A model generated the notes under the pieces. It saw only the letters and a program-made list of their open reading frames with translations, ran no database searches and was not told the origin of the DNA. The position numbers were made by a program, and so were the translations under genes. From Perna viridis (lineage: Eukaryota): a stretch of 64,000 bases of DNA. Shown here piece by piece: positions 1 to 12,600 of the stretch. Numbering within the stretch: the stretch's first letter is position 1; each line of letters begins with the position of its first letter. The stretch covers positions 15,686,001 to 15,750,000 of the forward strand of contig CM074511.1 in the NCBI GenBank assembly GCA_037379345.1, written 5' to 3'.

Positions 1-448
1 GACCAATTGAAACCAAACTTGGTATGAATGTTTCTTGGGGTATACTGCATAGAACTGATGTGGGGATTTTTGATTCGTCAAAAAAACATGGCCACCATTT
101 CTAAAAATAGAACATAAGGGTCAGACAGTAGTTTTTCAGATATATCCCCTAAACCATTAGGTTTATCCAAATTCTTTCAGTAGCTGAAATGATCCATATT
201 ATTAGGACTACAAGTCTTCAGACTCCTTCTAAGAGGTAATGCACTTGAAAGGGGAAAAATGACTTTTTTTTTAATAGTTTTCAGTCAATATCTTGAAGAC
301 TATGATAGATTAAGAGAAACTTTCAATTGTTGAAAAGATCTTGTGATAGTTCTACAAAAGACTTCTGTGGTCAAAATTTTTGGACAACTTCGTGTTTAAT
401 TTAGTGCCTTTGGAAGGTGAGCGATTCAGGCTCCTGGGAGCCCCTTGT
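1..448 (+). mobile_element. 3' part of a non-autonomous Helentron-associated (HINE/CvA-pearl-like) element
   Basis: Homologous to 19243-20043; ends with GGTGAGCG subterminal motif and AGGCTCCTGGGAGCC hairpin. Confidence 0.75.
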
Positions 449-511
449 TGTTATTTTTGCCCAAGTTTCAGAAAGTTTTGACAGACAATAATGTATTTAT
501 CTGTTTTATAG

Positions 512-609
512 CTGAACTCCTTGGAGTGTTGAATTGGAGAGAAGAGAAGTCTAAAATAGATACCAACTTAGACAAACTCATGTCAGTCCAGGGTACAGAA
601 ATTATGAAG
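512..609 (+). CDS. DOCK exon ([32 protein letters not shown])
   Basis: ttttatag acceptor, AAG|gtatgc donor; segment just after DHR-1. Confidence 0.9.
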
Positions 610-3600
610 GTATGCATATTGTGCAGAACAGTCAACTTGAATTGTTGTATTTTGTTGATCAAAGAGTTTTAACTGGAATTTGAAAAAAAAAAAAACAGTA
701 TTCTCAGGTCTATCCTCATATCTTTTAAGTGCTTCATTTAATGCCTTATCAGTAATTTAAACAGAAAAATTAGCATCCCTCATCATTTATTCTCTGGCTA
801 TGAACAATGTTAATATTAGCCTCATCACTTTTTGGGTACAAAATCAGGTAGAAAAATGCCTTCCTCATCCATTGCTTGAATAGCAAGAAATGATTTTTTT
901 GAGTCAATGCTAGTAACAATAGAATTTCCTTCATCCCTATGTTGCCCTTTACAGACTGGTTTGACTGTACATATTAAAAAGATGGGTATGTAAATACTAT
1001 AAACATACTAATTTTTGTGAAATCGATTTTTACACGATGTTACACTAAACATTTTTTTTGAAACCGCAAAATTTGATACCCACGAATATGTTCACTTGAT
1101 AGAATACATGAAAATTAATATGTTTACAGTTTTGATGTTGTTTGCCAGATATTAAAGTTAAGTACCAATCCACATAAAATTCAGACACTGCCAATAGTAA
1201 AGTGATTCATGGCTCAGAAAAATCCACCAAACAAACGATGCTTTTTTAGTCTTCCGATGCTGTACTTTCACATAACAACAATCTTTTCTGCATTCAAATC
1301 TGCACTTTTAAGAAAATCATATATTCATCTCCCACTGAAATCAACCAAATCAAGCCAAATCAAGAATGATAACTCTTCCAAAGTGCAAATTTCATGTACA
1401 ATCTATATGATTTTTCTCAAAAGCACAACAACCTAATGAAAAACTAAGACTTGTTATGTGATCAATAACTGTTTCTGTACAAGAAATAAGGCTGAATTTG
1501 GTGGGTTTTTAACATGCATAAATCACCTTCTGTCTGATTTTTATAAAGACTGCTACTTAATTAGTTTCTGAAGCAAAAATACAAATAGAAACCATCATTT
1601 ATACCATGTTTTATTTTTTTCAGTTTCTTCAAAACTTGATGGATAGATTACTGGAGATGCTGGATGATGGCTGTGCCCATAAATCTCCCTATTGCTCTAA
1701 AGTCTTCCAAGTCATTGTAAGTAAACTCTTTTTAAATCAGTTGTTATTGTTTTAAAATTATTTTTATAATTAAGCAAACTTTACGGAAGAATCTTGAGTC
1801 TGGTAAGTCCTATCAATTGTTTTCATTTAATATATCAAGTCATTTTTTGGTCTTTGTAATGTTCACAATTTTTTTAGTCAGATTTTTTGTATTAGCTGGT
1901 CCCATGTGAAAACTATTAAAAAATGGCTGATAAAACAAACTCTGTTAATTGTGATGAATATGAACCTAAATGATTAATTTTTTTCTGCAGGTTTTCATTT
2001 TGAATTTGCTGCTGGATACACGATTTGAGAACTTCAAGCCAGTATACGAAGATTATTTAACAAAAACCTTTTCATTTCCTAATGTTTACAAGTAAGTAAA
2101 TTCTTACAACCTTTATTGTTTAAATATTATGTGTAGTTCTATTGATTCAATACATGGTGGAAGTTCTTTTCTTTATTGACCAAAAATATCATAGGAGGTT
2201 CTGAATAACTGAAAATAATGGTAGTACAGTAAAATATAATAGACATTGAACTGCTGATACATGTACATGGACAGCAACTTAAACTTATTGTAAATCCCTC
2301 TGAATAATCAGAGAATAATTGGTAACTATGTACAAATATTCAGTGTTCAAATTCATGTTAAATTCTTTTCTCAATTGTAACAACACTCTATCAATATCAT
2401 CCCTTGGGCTGTGATGATACACCATGTGATACAGATTTTGTCATTTTAACATTAAAAGAGGAATCACTTGATAAGAATCTACCACTGTATTTTAAGCAAG
2501 ATGCAAAATTTCATTTTCCAATTAATTCATATCTGGTCCTTTCTTTCATTTACTTCTAAGTGTAAAGTATTAAAAAATTGTGACATTAACAAACAGTAGA
2601 TACCTCTGTAGTGGAGGAAGTGCTATGACTGTTTGGATACAATTAAGTTTTATTTTGGCAGATGCTTGGTTAATACATGTACTCCTCCAAAAACACCGAC
2701 ATGAAGAAATCATACCATAACTGGTTTATTTGTGTTTTAAGATAATTGAGAGTGTATATCATTTTTAAAGAATTTAGATTATATTGAAAATTTATATCAT
2801 TTTTGAAGATTTTAGATTAATGCAGATTCAATGTTTTACATTACAGACATTTAATGGACCAGTTCTCCTCTGGAATTGTTGTGTTCTGTGAAGGGAAACC
2901 TTTTACTCTATCTATGACCATGAAGGTAGATACTCATATATTATTCACAACTTTATCAGTTCTCCATTTCTCCTACTGCGTCATAATTTCTTTTCTCAGG
3001 TTGCCTTTCTGAATCTAAAAAATAGCAGCAATTTTCAATGACAACATTACGTAACATCCACTGTGACATCACTGATAAACAGAATAACATCAGTTTTGAA
3101 CATCTCAGAATATCACATCTCGCCCTGCCAGGCTCGCTGTGATATGTTCTGACTACAAAACTGTAGTCATTCTGTATTTTTCCAGCAACTGTTTTGTCTC
3201 TTTCCAAGACAAATTAAGAAATGATTTCATATGATATTCTGTATGAATAAGGTGTCCATGAACAAATCTAAAATCATAAATTGTGAAGTTTCTGGCTTTT
3301 TTGGACACTTTTCAGTTACCATACAATTGATTTTGTCTTTAATATGAAATGTGATATTTTAAACTTAGTTTTGGTTTATGTTTTCAAGATTAAACTTTTA
3401 TACCATCTTGAACCTCCCTCCTTACAAAGTTAGGGGGTATATAAAAATCACTTTGTTTCTGTCAAACTATTCATCAGCATATATGGTATGTATAAATTCT
3501 AAACATTTAAATATGTTTTGATAATAATATATAGATAGGGAAAACCGGTAATGATGTTTATTAGTAACATAACCCGCAATAACGTCACAGTAAATCTACT

Positions 3601-6600
3601 ACACTTTCCAACAATGGTATAGCTGAGACTATGTAACTCTGAATGTGGGTCTTTTTGTTATTGAATTTTTTTATGACAATACACTTAAGTAGCAAAAAAA
3701 AAAATACAAATACAAAAAAGAGTGACCTTCTGAGTTACCATATTTGTTAACCTATGGAACAGTTCATGTGGGAGATTCTCCCCTATTACACTGTCTCAGA
3801 TGGGAGATTTTTTTGTTAAAACAAATTGTTTATGTTAAACTTCAATTATTTAGTATTTTACACTGAAAATGTAGTAATTCTACCTAAAACTTCCAACAAA
3901 TCTTACAGTTTAATGTGGGAGATTCTAAATGTTTTCATTGATTTTTTTGGAATATCCCCCCCTAATGTGAAATGGTTAACAGGTATGAGTTGCATATTTG
4001 CTGGGTAGGTAATGCTTGTTGAGTTCCTGAAATAGAATTCAATCAAATTAAAGTGGTTAACATGATTAATGTCTAATGAAGGTTTTATATTGTAAACTTG
4101 CTTGCAGAATCCAAGTTAAATTTTCCATATGAAAATATTGTCAACTATATTATAAGGGTTTAATGCTTCCACTCTGCCATGATCCTATTCATATCACGAT
4201 TCTTGGTTGACGATCTGATTTGTTTCACGATTTTACTGACATGTTTTGTTTGTGTTATTTCATTTACAGTTCAACAAATTTAGAAAAAGTATGACACATA
4301 ATCATGTCCATAGGTTTTGATTAGCCTTTATCCATTACACTTTAAGTAAATCTAAAGTGTTTGAAACAGCAGATAAATCATTATGTGATTGAGAAACAAA
4401 ATTTGTAACGGACATTACTTTCTTTTTGATTTCTGGTTAAGCTAAATGAGGAATTGGATCGGAATTATAAAAAACAATGCGGTATCAAATTCTGGATCTT
4501 AAAAAAAAAAGATTGTGATGCACCAATGGATCATGACCCCCTAATATAGAAATTGCAATCCACAAACCATGTATATTTCAAAAGCACATAGAAATTTCCG
4601 TAAATCTACATATATTTTGTAAGATATATACTTTCTTTATTGTATAGGTGCTGGGAGAGTTGATGAGACTTATTACAAGGTCAAGGCACCTGGAGAAAGA
4701 AAGGTTGGTATATAATTTAAACCTGAATTTCACTTATAATTGAGCTGTAAGTTTGTATATTAGTTTTGGTTTAACAGTGGTTATTGGTATTCAAGCTATA
4801 CTGTATAGTGATTTGTCAAGGACTACTCAAGTTGAGAATTTCCTCAAGTCCTGTGTTATTCTCAAATCTTCAATTTCAAATGATCTGATTGGTTGAAATT
4901 TGAGTTGAGGAAGGAATTTTTTTGTTACCCTTATTTGTTATTTACAGCCCTTTTGAGTCAAGTGATGTAAACTTTAAGAAGAGGCTTCAACAGGTGTTTG
5001 ATAATATGGGACAGCTGTTGTCACAACAGGATGAGAGACTGAAGATATCACAGGTAATGGTAGCTATTATTTTTATTCCTACCACCGGCAAAGTGATGGG
5101 TATATAGTGATAAGGGTGTCCATCCTTCCTTCCATCCTTCTTTCAGGTACACAGTTCTCATGTCTTATCTGTTTTGGATACCACTGTATAGAATTTAATG
5201 AAACTTTCACAGAATCTTTATCACACATTCCCATTGTGTATCTTCTATTTTAGATTTTGATCCAATTCAATTCGGAGATTTCAAGCAACAAAACATTGAC
5301 TTTGTCATATGAATATGGAGACAAGGGGGTGCCAATTTACTTATATGTTATTCTACACCGCTGCATGGAATATGATGAAACTTTCACAGAATCTTCATTA
5401 CATATTCATATTGTGCAAATTTATTCTTATTATTTTGATCCAAATCAATTGGGAGGTCAAAATGTACATGTTAACAAATAGAGGAGGGGAGGTATCAAGT
5501 TTGTGAGCATTGCTCACAGTTTTTCTAGTAATAACTGTTTAAAAAAGCTCTGTTACATGTTTTTGTACTCATCAATGTAGATTGACAATATATAAATGGT
5601 TCTAAAAATACACTGCATACACATTGAGTTTATTTTTTTGTTCAAAAGTTCAAGGTCTATATTTATGAAATGTTTATGGAATACAAGTTAGCTTTGAAGG
5701 AAGTTGTGATATCACTCCAAATTATTGTTATACATTAGATTATTGCTATCATGAAAGTATAATACAGTTTTTGTGTGACTGCAAAATTTTGGTGGTTTTG
5801 TAATGTTTTGGGCTATTGCTGTGTTCTGTATCATTATCATACACAATTAATTTGAAAATTAGTTGTTCATTGTTTTTGATAAGTGCCAAAAATCTTTTTC
5901 TGCCATTTATCTACCTCATATTATATTTTATTGATTTATTTAGATGGAAGTGCTGAGGAATCTCCACAAATGTTATCATCCACTGATTGGGTTGTTAACA
6001 AAAAGAGAATTAGCGGATCACGTCCGTGATGTCATCACACGACTACCAAAGGCTAAAGATTTATCTGTAGAAATCAGGAGGACTAAGATGGAATTTATAA
6101 AGAAAACTGTAAACTCTGAATTATTCAGGGATGATGGTATGGCAAAAACTGAATATTTTTTTATGCCCCCGCAATGATAAGTTGGGGGGAATAATGTTTT
6201 ACCCTGTCCGTCCGTCTGTAATTCCATTTGTAATTCTGTCCATCCCATAAGTTTTCCGCACTTTTTTTTGAAAATCCTTGAAGATATTGAACTGATTTTT
6301 TGTATGTGAGTCTGTCATGATTAGTTACAGAGTGAGTTAAAGTTTCGTTGCACTACGCTGAGTTTTACCAAAATTATGGGCCCTGGACTTAAAAAATTCT
6401 ATGGAAATAACAGTTTTCCGCACTTTTTTGTAAACCCTTGAAGATATTGAACTGCTTTTTGGTATGTGAGTCTGTCATGATTAGTTACAAATTGAGTATA
6501 AGTTTCATTTTTCTACGCTGAGTTTTACCAAAATAACGGGCCCTGCACTTTAAAAATTGTATTGAAATAATAGTTTTTCGCTTTTTTTTTGTAAATGCTT

Positions 6601-9600
6601 GAAGATATTTGACTGGTTTTTGGTATGTGAGTCTGTCATGATTAGTTACAGATTGAGTTTAAGTTTTGTTCAGCTATGCTGAGTTTTACTCAAAACCACA
6701 TTCAGGGGCATCATTTGTGTCTCACAGACACAATAACACATCTGACAAAGTGCTTTTTACAATTATGAGTTATGATATAGCTGTATGAAGGTTAAATGCG
6801 GAGACATCACTTTATCTATTTTAAATAAAGCAGTATTAATAAATTAACTATAATTCTGCTTAGACTTTTAAATTAGTGAATTGTTATACATAGAAGCAAG
6901 GAAAACACATGAGACTCTGCTGTTAGAGTGTTATTTTGGTTCTAGGCTAATTAATCTTTTGTTAAGTCATTGCAGTGTTATTATCTTAATGCCAGAATAA
7001 GCATTTTAAAGTAAATAAAACAGTATTTTTGACATTAAGCTGAAAACTGAATATTTTTTTCAAAGAGGGTCTGCAGTCCTACCACAACACTGTGGATCCT
7101 GAAAAATTCGAAAGATCTTTTGGAGACAATCAGTTCAAGACTATTATCTGAATATAATAGCATTAAAACCTATGATTTTTCAACACTGTATACTTCTATT
7201 CCCCATACTCAGTTAAAATCCCGACTTAAAAACATTATACATCGTTGTTTTTCCAAAAAAGGTGGTACACCTAGATACAAATATACTTTGTAAGAAATAA
7301 TTCCAAATCATCTTCCAAATATACAGAGGAAGATGTTTACAAAATGCTGGAATTTTTAATCGACAACATATTTGTCCAGTGTGGTGGATGTGTTTTTCAA
7401 CAAATGGTCGGCATTCCAATGGGAACAAGTTGTGCTCCTTTACTTGCTGACCTATTCCTTCACTCTTATGAGGCTGACTTTATAGCTGATCTGATCAGAA
7501 ATAAAGAATATCATTTGGCTAGATCTTTCAATCTCAGTTTCCGCTATATAGATGACGTATTATCTTTACACAATCCTAATTTCAGGGATTTGATATATCG
7601 CATCTACCCAAAAGAACTTGAGATAAAAGATACTACAGACACTGTGAAGTCAGCCTCATATCTTGACCTACACTTAGAAATTGATGGTAAAGGAAAACTA
7701 TTGACCAAACTTTACGACAAACGTGATGACATTTCATTCAGAATTGTCAACTTTCCTTTCATCTGTGGCAACATCTCTTCGGCTCCTGCATATGGAGTGT
7801 TCATATCACAACTCATACGTTATGCCAGAGCTTGCCGAAACTACTCAGACTTTTTGTATCGCACTAGAATTCTAACAAATAAGCTTCTGGAACAGGGTTA
7901 TGTTGCTACAAGATTGAAGTCATCACTACAGAAGTTTTATGGTCGTCATCATGAACTCGTGGATCGTTATGGTGTATCCATCAGCACCATGAAAACGAAT
8001 TTATTCAACGGGTCATAGTTTTCCTTTCAAAATTTGTCTATCCCGGACTTGACCTTTTATGAGCAACTCGGCGGGTGTTTCTAGAAAAGCAGAGGACGCT
8101 TACCCTACCGGTGCACCTGGTCCATGCTCCCAGTTTTTAGTGGAGTCTGAGTTGCTCATTTACTTTTGTTACTTTGTATGTATGATTTTAGTTACTTTAT
8201 GTTCTTTGTTGTGTATGTCTGTTTTCCATGTCTGGTCTTTGTCCCTGGATTACATTCTTTTGATTACCGCTATAACCTTGGTTCCCTTGGTTACTCTTTT
8301 AAGGAAAGCAGTATTAATAGATTAACAATAATTCTGCGTAGACTTTTAAATTAGTGAATTATTATAAACAATATTATTGACATTAAGCTGAATACAACCT
8401 GGCAACATCAAAACAATGTAACACTATTAAATATGATCCCACAAAAATGATATGTACATTAAATAGATATTACTTGTAAATACATTGTCAATATATTTGG
8501 AATGCTCAATTAGATCAGTTGGAGTATAACAATGAATTGAACTTCATTTTTTAAGCCACTTCCAAATAATCTAGTTTTGCAATGATGGTTTTCCTTCTCG
8601 CCTAAACCAGAAAAGATACATGTAGAGAAGATGTTTTATTTGTCATTTATATTTGATGAGATCACATTTGCTACAGGAAAGTGAAGTAAAATTTAATGAA
8701 GGCAAAACAACAGTTCCACCTATTTTTTTATTTTTTTAAAAATTTTGTACAGATTAATATTGCTTAGCTGTTTAAAGTACTTGTGGCTAATTTAGGAGGT
8801 ATGCTGAATCATTAAAGAAAAAACTTGTTATTTTACTTTCACTCAATGTGTCAAATATCCACAAAGAAATGCTTTTCATTTGTTTATTTTACAGAATCTC
8901 GGAGGACACTACTGTCTCTATGTCTTTACATTTGTTTATTTTACAGAATCTTGGAGCACTCTACTGTCTGTATGTCTTTACATTTGTTTATTTTACAGAA
9001 TCTCGGAGGACACTACTGTCTCTATGTCTTTACATTTGTTTATTTTACAGAATCTTGGAGCACTCTACTGTCTGTATTTCTTGACATTTGTTTACTTTAC
9101 AGAATCTCAGAGCACTCTATTGTCTCTATGTCTTTACATTCGTTTATTTTACAGAATCTGAAAGCACTTTACTGTCTCTATGTCTTTACATTTGTTTATT
9201 TTACAGAATCTCGGGGCACACTACTGTCTCTATGGCTTTACATTTGTTTATTTTACATAATCTCACAGCACTCTGCTGTCTCTATGTCTTTGCATTTGTT
9301 TATTTTACAGAATCTGAAAGCACTTTACTGTCTCTATGTCTTTACATTTGTTTATTTTACAGAATCTCAGGGCACACTACTGTCTCTATGGCTTTACATT
9401 TGTTTATTTTACATAATCTCACAGCACTCTGCTGTCTCTATGTCTTTACATTTGTTTATTTTACAGAATCTCTGAGCACTCTACTGCCTCTTTGTCTTTA
9501 CATTTGTTTATTTTACAGAATCTGAAAGCACACTTCTGTCTCTATGTTTTTGCATTTGTTTATTTTACAGAATCTGAAAGCACTCTACTGTCTCTCTGTC

Positions 9601-12600
9601 TTTGCATTTATTTATTTTACAGAATCTCAGAGCACTCTACTGTCTCTATGTCTTTGCATTTGTTTATTTTACAGAATCTGAAAGCACTCTACTGTCTCTA
9701 TGTCTTTACATTTGTTTATTTTACAGAATCTCGGTGCACACTACTGTCTCTATGGCTTTACATTTGTTTATTTTACAGAATCTCAGAGCACTCTGCTGCC
9801 TCTATGTCTTTACATTTGTTTATTTTACAGAATCTCAGAGCACTCTGCTGTCTCTATGTCTTTACATTTGTTTATTTTACAGAATCTCTGAGCACTCTAC
9901 TGCCTCTTTGTCTTTACATTTGTTTATTTTACAGAATCTGAAAGCACACTTCTGTCGCTTTGTCTTTGCATTTGTTTATTTTACAGAATCTGAAAGCACT
10001 CTACTGTCTCTCTGTCTTTGCATTTATTTATTTTACAGAATCTCAGAGCACTCTACTGTCTTTATGTCTTTACATTTGTTTATTTTACAGAATCTGACAG
10101 CACTCTACTGTCTCTATGCCTTTACATTCGTTTATTTTACAGAATCTGAAATCACACTTTTGTCTCTATGTCTTTGCATTTGTTTATTTTACAGAATCTC
10201 GGAGCACACTACTGTCTCTATGTCTGAACCACATTAAGGCTTGTCTGATAGAGAGATACTTTATTGATATACAGATATCTACCTCCATTCTTGGTGATAT
10301 TCTGGAAGCCTTGTTTGCTCTCAAAGAGGTGGGTACAGTGTAACAGTAATAATGAATCAGGAGGCAGACCTGTAATACTTCTTTGTTTTGGTTGTATTTT
10401 TATGAATTTTTACTGCAATTTATGTTCTATGGGTTTTCGTCATAGTATTTTTGTGAAATTACATGAAGTTCAAGATTTAACAGATAATTTTTGCAAAAAA
10501 GTAAAAAATATTGTTGGTTTAACAAAAAGTTTTAAGTGTGAACTAGGTTGTAAGATAAGCTATAATGATATTGTTTTCTTTTTAAGACATCATAACTAAT
10601 TTTACTTTTATGACTTATTTTGAAATCTACCACTGATAACTTGGGAACAGATAAAGGAATATTTTTTCAAACTTTTAAACTTTTTAGTTCTTAAGAATAC
10701 AAATCCAGGTTGAATTTAAGCACAATGATTATCCATTTATGCTATTGTAATATTTCATCATCCATTTTTTGGCTTTCAGATAATGACTTTAGCATTGATT
10801 TAAAGATTTTTTTATTTTCTAAAAGACATTGATTTATAGCCTCATACTGTGGCATCATATGATTTCCAAGATTCGGTATCATGTGAGATGTACATGAAAG
10901 AATATGATTACTGTTGAAGAACTCCAAAGGGAGGCAATCCAACTTAAATGTTTTACATGTTAAACTTAATAAGTGCAACTCCTCTTAAACCACACTCAGG
11001 ATTTTGATGAAACTTGATATGAAGGTTGGGCATCATATGTAGAAGTGGATGAAGTCAAATAATTATTGTCAAAGGACTTGAAAGGGAGATAATTGAACTT
11101 TTTTCTTCATGCATTAATACTTAAACCTTGTAAGTGTAATTCCTCCTAAACCGCTTAAGAGATTTTGATGAAATTTTAAAGGAAGGTTAAGCATCACAAG
11201 AAAATGTGCATGAATAAATAATATTATTGTCAGTGGAAATGGAGGTAATAAAACTTATGACTTTAACCTTTTTTTTTTATTTAACTCCATTTGAAGCAGG
11301 GGTATTCTCTTTGTAAGTTTGCTCACAATATTTCTTGTTAATTGTAAATTTACTCCTAATTTCAATAGCTTTAGATTTTTTGTTGGTACATGTATTTTAA
11401 ATTCACATCTGATTTATATATTATCAATTAAAGACCAAACGATTAGAACACCAAAAGGTAAGACTATTACCCCATCACTTTTGTTGTTGTCTTCACTCTT
11501 GTGCCCTGATAGCAAAATACTTGTTTTTTAAAACAAATGTCTGTGCATCTGTTTGTTCCCAAGCTTGTTTTAACATTATTACATAGTCATGTTTATACTG
11601 TAAATTCAGAGTATATAGGGTAGATTTATTATTGCAAGTTTTTCAATTTAGACCTAAATGTTAATCCTTTTTTTGCTGTATTGAGAAAAATTGTATTTCA
11701 TTTATATTCGGAATTCCTCAGTGTGAGTTTCTGTTGTTATGATTAGGCCATTCAAAGTAATTATACTTGGTTCTAATGCCATTTTGAGTGGGAGGCATTT
11801 TTTTTAATTTTGCAATTTTCAACAACAATGGATGAGGATTCTTTAACATTGCTCACAACCAGAAAAAAAAATGATGGGGGAAATGATTTAAAAAAAATTA
11901 AATGGTGATAAAAATGGGTACTGAGGCACATTTAAAGAAAAGTTGGAAGACAAGAAATCTAGAAATTATTTTTAGATGTTGTTAAAAAAATCTCAAGAGT
12001 ATCAGAATTTACAATATTTACACATGTTGAATAGAAAGAGTATATAAATGTAGACATATTGTATGAAAATATTGGCCCATGAATATGACAGATATTATCA
12101 TAGTGAAAGTTTTAATATAGTATTCTTTTTGAAAATGTCCATTTTTTTAAAAGTTTTTGAATATGCATGATCCGGAAGAGATTCATGTGAAAAAAATACA
12201 TTCTTGAATTACTTTATAATTATATTAGATTTCAATGATTTCTTCACATTGAGAAGTGCATTTTTTTGCAGTTGTATTTTATGCAAAATTTTCAAGTTAT
12301 ATGGAATGGTTTATAGGTAACAAATATTTTGGTGTTTATGAACTCTATTCTTTACATTTACATTAAAACCCTACCTTCATTTAAACCATAGAATTGTTTA
12401 ACAACAAATGAAACTGTTCATGTATTAGTATGATTATTGGGGTTTAACGCAGCAATATTTCAGCTGTATTCAGGCGATGATTGATTGATTACTGGGGTTA
12501 AACGCAGCAATATTTCAGCTATATTCAGGCAATGATTGATTGATTATTGGGGTTTAACGCAGCAATATTTCAGCTATATTCTCGCGATTACTGATTGACT

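Noticed and set aside
8059-8354. 88-aa and 62-aa hydrophobic ORFs after the RT
   Set aside because: They lie in the T-rich 3' non-coding region of the retroelement.
8825-10237. Overlapping long ORFs in all three frames, and a CRISPR-like regular repeat look
   Set aside because: By-product of a stop-poor 52-bp unit. There are no unique spacers, no cas genes, and the context is a eukaryotic intron.
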